From contig JASBVS010000002.1 of the NCBI GenBank assembly GCA_029960955.1, positions 146,470 to 210,469 on the forward strand: 64,000 nt of DNA, in the 5' to 3' direction. Source of the stretch: Bacillota bacterium (GTDB lineage Bacteria; Bacillota; Sulfobacillia; JAIMAT01). How positions within the stretch are numbered: the first letter of the stretch is position 1; the number at the start of each line of letters is the position of its first letter. Positions 52,848-64,000 of the stretch are shown piece by piece. Made by a program: the position numbers and the translations under genes. Below the pieces are notes generated by a model that had not been told where the DNA came from, did no database searches, and saw only the letters and a list, made by a program, of their open reading frames with translations.

Positions 52848-53405
52848 ATGGAGACGGCCACCTGGACCGGCGTGGTGGGCCTGCCGCTCATCGACCGGAA
52901 GACGGGTCGCAGGCTCGGGGTGGTGGAGGACTTCCTGGTCAGCGCGCCCGACGGCCACGTGATCGGGCTGCTCCTGGACGGCCGCGACCGGAGCGGAAGG
53001 CAGCGCGTCTTCCCCTTCGAGGCGGTGGCCGGGATCGGCTCGGGCGCCGTCCTGACGGAAGAGGCGCAGGCGCTGCTGCCGGTGCCCGACGGGCGCCGGC
53101 TCAACGAGCTCCTGGCGCGCCACCGCCGCCTGATGGGCAAGCCCGTGGTCGACGGGCGCGGGGAGGCGCAAGGAAGCATCGTCGACGTCGCCTTCGACGC
53201 CGGCAGCGGCCGCATCACCGCCATCGGCGTGGCCGACGGCTTCTGGCGGGAGCTGCGCGAGGGGCCGCGCTGGCTGCCGGCCGTCGAGGGGACCGTCTGG
53301 GGCGAGGACGCCGTCATCCTGGGCGGGGCGAGCGGCGGCGAGCGCCCGCGCGTCGCGGCGGCGGAGCCCGCCTCATCCGCCTCATCCGGCTGCGGGGAGG
53401 GTTGA
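52848..53405 (+). CDS. Tandem PRC-barrel protein (YrrD-like)
   Basis: GLPLIDRKTGRRLGVVEDF and LMGKPVVDGRGEAQGSIVDV repeats; synteny after mnmA. Confidence 0.8.
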   Translation: METATWTGVVGLPLIDRKTGRRLGVVEDFLVSAPDGHVIGLLLDGRDRSGRQRVFPFEAVAGIGSGAVLTEEAQALLPVPDGRRLNELLARHRRLMGKPVVDGRGEAQGSIVDVAFDAGSGRITAIGVADGFWRELREGPRWLPAVEGTVWGEDAVILGGASGGERPRVAAAEPASSASSGCGEG

Positions 53406-53412
53406 AAAGGCG

Positions 53413-53592
53413 ATGAGCTGCCCGCATTGCGGCAGTCGCAAAGTGGGGAAGGTCGACCACCGGCACTACTTCTGCTGGGAGTGCTACGTCGAGTTCGTCC
53501 AGAGGGGCGGGCGCTGGCTCCTCTACCGGATCGACGCCGAGGGCGGGCTGGAACCCCTGGAGCCCGCCGAGCCGGTGCGCGAGCGGCGCTAG
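53413..53592 (+). CDS. Small Zn-ribbon protein, 59 aa (YrzR-like); absent from the ORF track
   Basis: MSCPHCGSRKVGKVDHRHYFCWECYVEF...RIDAEGGL; fills the gap between the PRC-barrel and AI-2E genes. Confidence 0.8.
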   Translation: MSCPHCGSRKVGKVDHRHYFCWECYVEFVQRGGRWLLYRIDAEGGLEPLEPAEPVRERR

Positions 53593-53598
53593 CGGGCG

Positions 53599-57418
<3,820 letters not shown>

Positions 57419-57421
57419 GCC

Positions 57422-57751
57422 GTGACCCGTTTCCGCGCCGGCCCCGCCCGCAACGTCAAGAAGCGCCACCACGTGGTGCCGGGCCTGGAGCCGCTGGTGG
57501 ACCGGATCGGCGCGGCGCCGGCGGTGGAGGCGGTCATCCCGGGGCGGATCCGGCCGCTGGAGCGGGGCGCGGCGCCCAGCGTCACCTTCCAGTACCGGAC
57601 GGAGAGCGGCTTCAAGCTCCTGGGTCGCGCCGGGGGCGCGGTCCAGGAGATCTTCGTCGTGACGGGCGAGCCCGAGGAGGCGCTCCGCTGGTGCGTGCAG
57701 GCGGGCCTGGTGGAACCGCTGCGAGGTGGCCGCGATGATACCGGTCGGTGA
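57422..57751 (+). CDS. DUF2103-like small protein
   Basis: HHVVPGL, VIPGRI, TESGFKL and GAVQEIFVV pattern. Confidence 0.65.
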   Translation: MTRFRAGPARNVKKRHHVVPGLEPLVDRIGAAPAVEAVIPGRIRPLERGAAPSVTFQYRTESGFKLLGRAGGAVQEIFVVTGEPEEALRWCVQAGLVEPLRGGRDDTGR

Positions 57752-58430
57752 CGACGTCCGCTCGCGGCGCTTCCCCTGGGTGACCGTCCTGCTGGTGGCC
57801 GCCGACGTCCTGATCTTCCTGCACGAGCTGGGCATGACGCCCGCCCAGCTCGATCTCTTCTACTCCCGCTGGGGGCTGATCCCGGCGCGGCTGGTGGAGA
57901 GCTGGTCGAGCCGGGGGCCGCTGGCGCCCTCCAGCTGGGAGCCGCTGGTCACCGCCATCTTCCTCCACGGCTCCTGGCTGCACGTGATCGGCAACATGAT
58001 CTTCCTCTGGATCTTCGGGGACAACGTGGAGGACCTGATGGGCCACTTCCGCTACCTCGTCTTCTACCTGCTGACCGGCGTCATCGGCAACGGCGTGCAG
58101 ACGCTCTTCTACCCCGACTCGACCGTCGTGATCATCGGCGCCAGCGGCGCCATCGCCGGCGTCCTCGGCGCCTACCTCGTCAAGTACCCCTGGGCGCGGG
58201 TGACGACGGTCATCCCGCTCGGCTTCTTCATCGTGCCGCTGCACATCCCGGCGGCGGTCTTCCTGGTCTTCTGGTTCGCGGTCCAGCTCCTCTCCGGCGC
58301 GGCCAGCCTGGGGGTGGAGTACGCCTCGGGCGGGGTAGCCTACTGGGTGCACGTGGGCGGCTTCCTCGCCGGCGCCTCGCTGGTCTCGCTCTTCCAGACG
58401 GAGCGGACCGCGCCCTACACGCGGAGGTGA
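57735..58430 (+). CDS. Rhomboid family intramembrane serine protease
   Basis: FLHGSWLHVIGNM, GASGAI and AYWVHVGGF. Confidence 0.92.
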   Translation: MIPVGDDVRSRRFPWVTVLLVAADVLIFLHELGMTPAQLDLFYSRWGLIPARLVESWSSRGPLAPSSWEPLVTAIFLHGSWLHVIGNMIFLWIFGDNVEDLMGHFRYLVFYLLTGVIGNGVQTLFYPDSTVVIIGASGAIAGVLGAYLVKYPWARVTTVIPLGFFIVPLHIPAAVFLVFWFAVQLLSGAASLGVEYASGGVAYWVHVGGFLAGASLVSLFQTERTAPYTRR

Positions 58431-58927
58431 GCCGGCTGGGGCGGGTGCTGGGCGTCGACGTGGGCGGGCGGCGCATCGGCCTGGCCGTCAGCGACCCGCT
58501 GGGCTGGACGGCGCAGCCCTACCGGACGCTGGAGCGGGGGCGGGAGGAGGCTGCGACGCTGGCCGAGCTCCGGGAGATCTGCCGCCGGCTCGGGGTGGAG
58601 CGGATCGTCGTCGGGCTTCCCCGCACGCTTCGCGGCGAGATCGGCCCGCAGGCGCGGGCGGTGGAGGCCTTCGCCCGCGCCCTGGCCGGGGCGACGGGGC
58701 TGCCGGTGGAGTTCGAGGACGAGCGGCTGACCACGGTCGAGGCGGAGCGAGCCATGCTGGAGGCCGACCTCTCGCGGCGACGGCGGAAGCGCGCCGTCGA
58801 CCGGACGGCGGCGGCGCTCATCCTCCAGGCCTACCTGGAACGGCGTCGCCGGCAAGCCGGCGGGAAGGCGCGGGGGGAGGAGGAGGCGCCCGGCGGAGGC
58901 GAGAGCGCGGGGGAGCCGCTCGATTGA
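58427..58927 (+). CDS. ruvX: Holliday junction resolvase-like / pre-16S rRNA nuclease YqgF
   Basis: LGVDVGGRRIGLAVSD, VVGLP, DERLTT and VDRTAAALILQ. Confidence 0.95.
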   Translation: MSRLGRVLGVDVGGRRIGLAVSDPLGWTAQPYRTLERGREEAATLAELREICRRLGVERIVVGLPRTLRGEIGPQARAVEAFARALAGATGLPVEFEDERLTTVEAERAMLEADLSRRRRKRAVDRTAAALILQAYLERRRRQAGGKARGEEEAPGGGESAGEPLD

Positions 58928-58952
58928 CGCCCCCAGGGGCGGTCACTAGAAT
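58924..58952 (+). promoter_or_regulatory. sigmaA promoter of the DUF1292 gene
   Basis: TTGACG-17-TAGAAT. Confidence 0.75.
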
Positions 58953-59005
58953 GTGTGCGTGCTGTATGCGGCGGGGGAGCCCGCCGGGAGCGAGGTGAGT
59001 CCGCC

Positions 59006-59422
59006 ATGGACGAGCAGGATCGGGAGGACCAGGATTTCGTGGTGTTGACAGACGAGAACGGCGAGGAGCACCGCTTCGAACTCCTCGACGTGATCAGCGT
59101 GGATGCGAACGAGTACGCCGTCCTGGCCGATCCTGAGTCGGAGAACGAGGCCTTTGTCCTGCGGATCGATACGGACGCCGAGGGGAACGAGACCCTCAGC
59201 GAAGTCCAGGACGAGGAGGAGTGGAACCAGGTGGCGGCCGCCTGGGAGCGCCTCCAGGACGAGGACTGGGACGACGAGGACGAGGACGAGGAAGAGGACG
59301 AGGACGAGGACTGGGAAGAGGAGTTCGACGCCGACTACGAGGACGAGTCGGAGGACGACCTGGAGGAGGATGACGAGGACGGGGGAGACGAGCCGGAGGA
59401 GCCGCGCCGCCCGGATCGCTGA
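59006..59422 (+). CDS. DUF1292 (YrzB-like) protein with long acidic tail
   Basis: LTDENGEEHRFEL, EYAVL and DEEEWNQV; follows ruvX. Confidence 0.85.
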   Translation: MDEQDREDQDFVVLTDENGEEHRFELLDVISVDANEYAVLADPESENEAFVLRIDTDAEGNETLSEVQDEEEWNQVAAAWERLQDEDWDDEDEDEEEDEDEDWEEEFDADYEDESEDDLEEDDEDGGDEPEEPRRPDR

Positions 59423-59576
59423 GCGGGCGGAGCCCTCGGAACCGGTCCAGGGAGGCGGCCCGCGCCGGGAGGGGAAGCCGGCGCGGGCCGTCGCCGCCTC
59501 CCCCGCGCCGGCGTATCGCGGAGGCCCCGGAATGGGCAGAGATGGAGAGCGAAGGCCCGCGCGGAGGTGAAAGGCG

Positions 59577-60425
59577 ATGAGCTTCAGCCTGTTCGACCTC
59601 TTCTGGCTCTTCCTGATCGCCGCTTCCTTCTCGCCGCTCCTGCAGCAGCACCTGCGCGAGTCGCGCCGCCTCTCGGTCATCCGCGCGCTGGAGAGGAAGC
59701 GCCAGAGCCGCGTCGTCACGCTCATCCACCGCCAGGAGTCGCTCGCCTTCCTGGGTATCCCCATCAGCCGCTACATCGACATCGACGACTCGGAGGCCGT
59801 CCTGCGCGCCGTCAAGCTGACGCCCGACGACATGCCGCTGGACATCGTCCTGCACACGCCGGGCGGGCTGGTGCTGGCCGCCGAGCAGATCGCCCACGCC
59901 CTCGTCCGCCGCAGCGGGCCGGTGACCGTCTTCGTCCCCCACTACGCCATGAGCGGCGGCACGCTCCTCGCCCTGGCCGCCGACGAGATCGTCATGGACG
60001 AGAACGCGGTGCTGGGCCCGGTCGACCCCCAGATCGGCCAGTACGCCGCCGCCGACATTCTCAAAGTGGTGGAGAGCAAGCCGCTGGCGGAGATCGACGA
60101 CGAGACGCTGATCCGGGCCGAGATGGCGCGCAAGGCGATGCGCCAGGTCTACGAGCTGGTGGTCACCATCACCCGCGCCAACGGCATGAGCGAGGAGGCG
60201 GCCGTGCGCGTGGCCGAGGCGCTGAGCACCGGGCGCTGGACGCACGACTACCCCGTCACCGTGGAGAAGGCGAAGGAGCTGGGACTGCCGGTCCGGGTGG
60301 GGCTTCCTGCGGAGGTCTACGAGCTGATGGAGCTCTACCCGCAGCCGGCCCAGCGGCGCCCCTCCGTCCAGTACATCCCCGTCCCCTACGAGCGCGAGCC
60401 CCGCCTGCCGCGGCGCGGCCGCTGA
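59577..60425 (+). CDS. SDH family Clp-fold serine protease
   Basis: LIHRQE, LHTPGG, PHYAMSGGTL, LGPVDPQ and WTHDYP. Confidence 0.88.
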   Translation: MSFSLFDLFWLFLIAASFSPLLQQHLRESRRLSVIRALERKRQSRVVTLIHRQESLAFLGIPISRYIDIDDSEAVLRAVKLTPDDMPLDIVLHTPGGLVLAAEQIAHALVRRSGPVTVFVPHYAMSGGTLLALAADEIVMDENAVLGPVDPQIGQYAAADILKVVESKPLAEIDDETLIRAEMARKAMRQVYELVVTITRANGMSEEAAVRVAEALSTGRWTHDYPVTVEKAKELGLPVRVGLPAEVYELMELYPQPAQRRPSVQYIPVPYEREPRLPRRGR

Positions 60426-60550
60426 CGCCCCGCCCTCTGGAAAGCGAACCGGGATCTGGAATTCGCACGCGGGAGGAGCGCGGGAGCGCCGCGTGGTACT
60501 GCCGAAAAGCCTCCCTTTTCCAAGGAAGAGGCGAAGGAGGTGGCTTTCCG

Positions 60551-61849
60551 GTGCGCCGCGCGCTCGCTCTGCTGGCCGCGGGGCTCCTGCTGGCCGCCGG
60601 TTGCGCCGCGCCCTCCGCGCCCGCGCAGACCGGCAACCAGGGCGGCTCGCAGGGGCAGGCGAAGAGCTCGGGGCCGGTCACCATCGTCTGGTCCTCGGGC
60701 CCGCTCTCCAACCTGGGGCTGCGCCAGCAGCTGATCGACATGTTCGAGCAGCAGCACCCGGAGATCAGGGTCCAGCTCAACCAGCTGCCCAACTCGACCG
60801 ACACGCAGCGGAACACCTACGTGACGCAGATCTCTTCCGGCAGCCCGACGCCGGACGTCTACTCGGGCGACGTCATCTGGCCGGCCCAGTTCGCCGCCCA
60901 CGGCCTGGCGATGCCGCTCGACCGCTACTTTCCCAGGAGCGTCACCGCCCGGCTGATCCCCGGCGCGGTCCAGGCCGACACCTTCCAGGGGAAGCTGTAC
61001 GCCGTCCCCTGGTTCACCGACGCCGGCTTCCTCTACTACAGGAAGGACCTGCTGCAGAGGTACGACCTGCCCGTCCCCGCCACCTGGGACCAGCTCTTCC
61101 AGGAGGCGCAGACGCTGCAGCAGAGGGGCGCCGTGCGCTACGGCTTCGTCTTCCAGGGGGCGCAGTACGAGGGACTGGTCTGCGACTTCACGGAGATGCT
61201 GGCCGGCGCGGGCGGGCAGGTGCTGGCGCCCGACGGCAAGGTGCTCCTCGACTCCCCGCAGGCGGTGAAGGCGGCCCAGTTCCTCCGCAAGCTGGTCCAG
61301 AGCGGCGTCGCCCCCGAGGCGGTCAGCACCTACCAGGAGCCCGACTCGCTCAACGTCTTCGCCACGGGCGACGCGGCCTTCCTGCGCAACTGGCCCTACG
61401 CCTGGGCGGTGCTGAACGACCCCCAGCAGTCGAAGGTCGTGGGCAAGGTGGGGATGGCGGTCCTGCCCGACTGGCCGGGCGGCACGCAGGGGCCGGCGGC
61501 GCTGGGCGGCTGGAACCTCTTCATCAACCCGCACTCCAAGCACGTCGACGCGGCCGTCACCTTCATCAAGTTCCTGATCAGCCCCCAGGCGCAGAAGTTC
61601 ATCGCGCTGAAGGGCGGGCACCTGCCGGTGCTCCTCTCCGCCTACGACGACCAGGAAGTCCGCTCGGCCAACCCCTTCTTCGCGCTCAAGCCGACCGTCG
61701 TGCCGCGACCCAGCTGGACGCCCAACTATCCGGAGCTCTCCTCCAAGCTGCAGGTGGCGCTGCACGACATCCTGACCGGCCAGGTGACGCCCGCCGCCGG
61801 CATCCGCCAGGCCAGCCAGGAGATCCGGCAGGTCGTCGGGCAGCAGTGA
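60551..61849 (+). CDS. Carbohydrate ABC transporter substrate-binding lipoprotein (trehalose/maltose-like)
   Basis: Lipobox LAAGC; DVIWPAQFA, YYRKDLL, QYEGLVC, FLRNWPYAW and LGGWNL. Confidence 0.9.
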   Translation: MRRALALLAAGLLLAAGCAAPSAPAQTGNQGGSQGQAKSSGPVTIVWSSGPLSNLGLRQQLIDMFEQQHPEIRVQLNQLPNSTDTQRNTYVTQISSGSPTPDVYSGDVIWPAQFAAHGLAMPLDRYFPRSVTARLIPGAVQADTFQGKLYAVPWFTDAGFLYYRKDLLQRYDLPVPATWDQLFQEAQTLQQRGAVRYGFVFQGAQYEGLVCDFTEMLAGAGGQVLAPDGKVLLDSPQAVKAAQFLRKLVQSGVAPEAVSTYQEPDSLNVFATGDAAFLRNWPYAWAVLNDPQQSKVVGKVGMAVLPDWPGGTQGPAALGGWNLFINPHSKHVDAAVTFIKFLISPQAQKFIALKGGHLPVLLSAYDDQEVRSANPFFALKPTVVPRPSWTPNYPELSSKLQVALHDILTGQVTPAAGIRQASQEIRQVVGQQ

Positions 61850-61934
61850 GAGGCGCGGGCCGGCCGGGGCAGGCGCCGCGGGGCGCCCGCTCTCCGGCCG
61901 GCCCGCAGGCGGCTGCGCAGCTGACGAAGGGGGG

Positions 61935-62831
61935 ATGGATCTGAGGCGGAGGGCGATCGGATGGCTCCTCCTGCTTCCTGCGGCGCTGGTGATGTCCGGC
62001 GTCGCCCTGCTTCCCACGGCGCTCACCGTCGGGCAGAGCTTCTACCGGGTGACGCTGACGCCGGCGGGCTTCGCCTCCACCTGGGCGGGCCTCCGCAACT
62101 ACGGGCTCCTCCTGGCCAGCGACGAGTTCCGGCAGGCTCTGGCCTTCACGCTCCTCTTCACCGTGGCGACGGTGGCGGCGGAGCTGCTCCTGGGCCTCCT
62201 GCTGGCGCTGGCCATCCGCTCCACGCTCCCCGGGCGGGGGCTGGTGCGGACGCTGATGCTGGTCCCCTGGGCGCTGATCACGGTCGTCTCGGCCGAGGCG
62301 TGGCGGTTCATCGACGACGGCACCTACGGCGTGGCCAACGCCATCCTGATGGGGCTCGGGCTGATCGACCACCGCGTCGCCTGGCTCAGCCAGCCGGGCC
62401 TGGCGGTGGGGGCGCTGATGGTGGCCGACGTCTGGAAGACGGTCCCCTTCGTCGGCCTCCTGCTGCTGGCGGGCCTCGAGACCATACCGGACGAGCTCCA
62501 CGAGGCGAGCCGCATCGACGGCGCCTCGGGCTGGCGCGGCTTCTGGACCATCACCCTGCCGCTGCTCCGGCCGAGCATCCTGCTCGCCCTGCTCTACCGG
62601 ACGATCCAGGCCTTCGTCGGCCTCTTCGACCTGCCCTTCGTCATGACCGGCGGCGGGCCCGGCTACGCCACCGAGTCGGTGGCCATCTACGCCTGGAAGC
62701 AGATGTTCCAGAACCTCCGCTTCGGCGAGGGGGCGGCCGCCAGCGTCTTCGCCTTCCTGGTGGCGCTGGCGCTGGCGCTCCTCTACGTCCGCCTGGTGGC
62801 GCCCTCCGCCCTCGGGGGGGAGGAAGCGTGA
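61935..62831 (+). CDS. Carbohydrate ABC transporter permease 1
   Basis: DVWKTVPF, EASRIDGA (EAA motif) and MTGGGPG. Confidence 0.92.
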   Translation: MDLRRRAIGWLLLLPAALVMSGVALLPTALTVGQSFYRVTLTPAGFASTWAGLRNYGLLLASDEFRQALAFTLLFTVATVAAELLLGLLLALAIRSTLPGRGLVRTLMLVPWALITVVSAEAWRFIDDGTYGVANAILMGLGLIDHRVAWLSQPGLAVGALMVADVWKTVPFVGLLLLAGLETIPDELHEASRIDGASGWRGFWTITLPLLRPSILLALLYRTIQAFVGLFDLPFVMTGGGPGYATESVAIYAWKQMFQNLRFGEGAAASVFAFLVALALALLYVRLVAPSALGGEEA

Positions 62832-63664
62832 CCCGCCTCCGCCGCCTGGCGCGACGCCTGGCCCAGGGGGTGCTGCTGGCGGCGATCGTCCTCTTCATCC
62901 TCGGGCCGATCGCCTGGATGCTCTCCGCCTCCTTCACCCGGCCCGTCGACCTGAGCAGCTGGCCGCCCCACCTCCTGCCGCCCGTCCCCACGTGGGGCAA
63001 CTACCGGGATGCGGTCGCCTCGCAGGGGTTCGGGCTCTACCTTCGCAACAGCGCCGTGGTCTCGCTCCTGGCCACCTTCCTGACGCTCCTCCTGGGCGCG
63101 CTGGCCGCCTACCCGCTGGCGCGCATGCGCCTCCCCGGCCGGCAGGTGATCCTCGTGGCGGTGCTGGGGCTGAGCATGTTCCCCTCGCTGGCGGTCCTCC
63201 TGCCGCTCTTCTCGCTGATGCAGCGGATCGGCTGGCTGAACAGCTACCCGGCGCTGATCCTGCCCTACACCGCCTTCAACCTGCCGATCACGATCTGGAT
63301 CCTGGCCGTCTTCTTCCGCGGCATCCCGCGCGAGCTGGAGGAGGCGGCCGAGGTGGACGGGGCGGGGCTGGCCACCGTGCTGGGCCGGGTCGTCCTCCCG
63401 CTGGCGGGCCCGGGGCTGGGGACCGCCTCGATCCTGGTCTTCATCGCCGACTGGACGGAGTTCCTCTTCGCCCTCACCTTCAACAGCCAGGCCGAGATGC
63501 GCACGCTCCCGGTCGGCATCGCCCTCTTCGGCGGCCAGTACCTCCTGCCCTGGGGGACCATCTTCGCGGGCGCGGTGATCGCCATCCTGCCTCCGGTCCT
63601 TCTGGTGGTGCTCTTCCAGCGCTGGGTGGTGGCCGGGCTGACGTCGGGCGCCGTCAAGGGCTAG
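62828..63664 (+). CDS. Carbohydrate ABC transporter permease 2
   Basis: IPRELEEAAEVDGA, TLPVGI and GLTSGAVKG. Confidence 0.92.
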   Translation: MTRLRRLARRLAQGVLLAAIVLFILGPIAWMLSASFTRPVDLSSWPPHLLPPVPTWGNYRDAVASQGFGLYLRNSAVVSLLATFLTLLLGALAAYPLARMRLPGRQVILVAVLGLSMFPSLAVLLPLFSLMQRIGWLNSYPALILPYTAFNLPITIWILAVFFRGIPRELEEAAEVDGAGLATVLGRVVLPLAGPGLGTASILVFIADWTEFLFALTFNSQAEMRTLPVGIALFGGQYLLPWGTIFAGAVIAILPPVLLVVLFQRWVVAGLTSGAVKG

Positions 63665-63803
63665 AGCCGCCCGCGGCCGCCGGCGCCGCGCCGCCGCGCC
63701 CCCCTCGCCGCACCCCCTGCCGGCGCTGCGCCTCTTGCAGTACGATGCGGGCAGCACCGGTCGACGGAGCAGGGCCCCGTCCGGGGCCGCGAGGTGAACC
63801 TCC

Positions 63804-64000
63804 ACGCGCGCGAAGTGGGTCTGGGCCGGCGCTCTCGCGCTGGCGCTGGTCGTCCTGGGCTGGGTGGGCGACATCCCCTGGAGGGCGCCCGGCGGAGGCG
63901 GCTCTCCAGCCCGCCCGCAGACCGCCGTCCGCACGGGCCTTCCGGCGGCTCGCCCGCGCCCGCCGGCAGCGCACGTGGCCAGGGCGGGCTCTCCCCCCGG
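63804..64000 (+). CDS. Probable exported/membrane-anchored protein, 3' truncated; possible ACG start
   Basis: GAGGTG SD, 7 nt, then ACG-RAKWVWAGALALALVVLGWVG (signal-anchor-like); an in-frame TGA lies just upstream. Confidence 0.4.

Noticed and set aside
59255..59400. GACGAG repeats as a CRISPR or DNA repeat element
   Set aside because: They are in-frame codons for an acidic tail, with no repeat-spacer structure and no cas genes.
59513..59545. sigmaF-like promoter before the Clp-fold protease
   Set aside because: Both boxes have several mismatches, which is too weak in this GC context.

Overview
Very GC-rich core-genome segment of a Bacillota (Firmicutes) bacterium, probably spore-forming, with almost all genes on the + strand. 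In order it carries: a partial dcw cluster (murE-murF-mraY-ftsW-murG-murC-murB-murA, no murD and no ftsQAZ); a GT9-GT4-flippase-HldE-like kinase-menG operon; hemACDB; a B12-dependent acyl-CoA mutase cluster with isobutyryl-CoA-mutase-type residues; a DD-carboxypeptidase, NUDIX, comB, tRNA-Pro(CGG) and murT-gatD; TPR and hypothetical genes; an ABC-class ATPase; fused secDF; a chelatase-like AAA+/VWA pair; rel-dtd; hisS-aspS-6S RNA; ltaE, gabT and rarA; iscR/cymR-iscS-mnmA; alaS to ruvX; and a sugar ABC transporter. I saw no mobile element, prophage or CRISPR array. The most unusual signals are four: an AAA+/VWA pair with a His-rich domain behind a forespore-type promoter; two genes, including aspS, that appear to lack a canonical start and have an SD-spaced ACG; an intrinsic terminator between a perfect sigmaA promoter and secDF; and a heptose-type glycosylation operon. 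All calls come from reading motifs by eye, with no database search.
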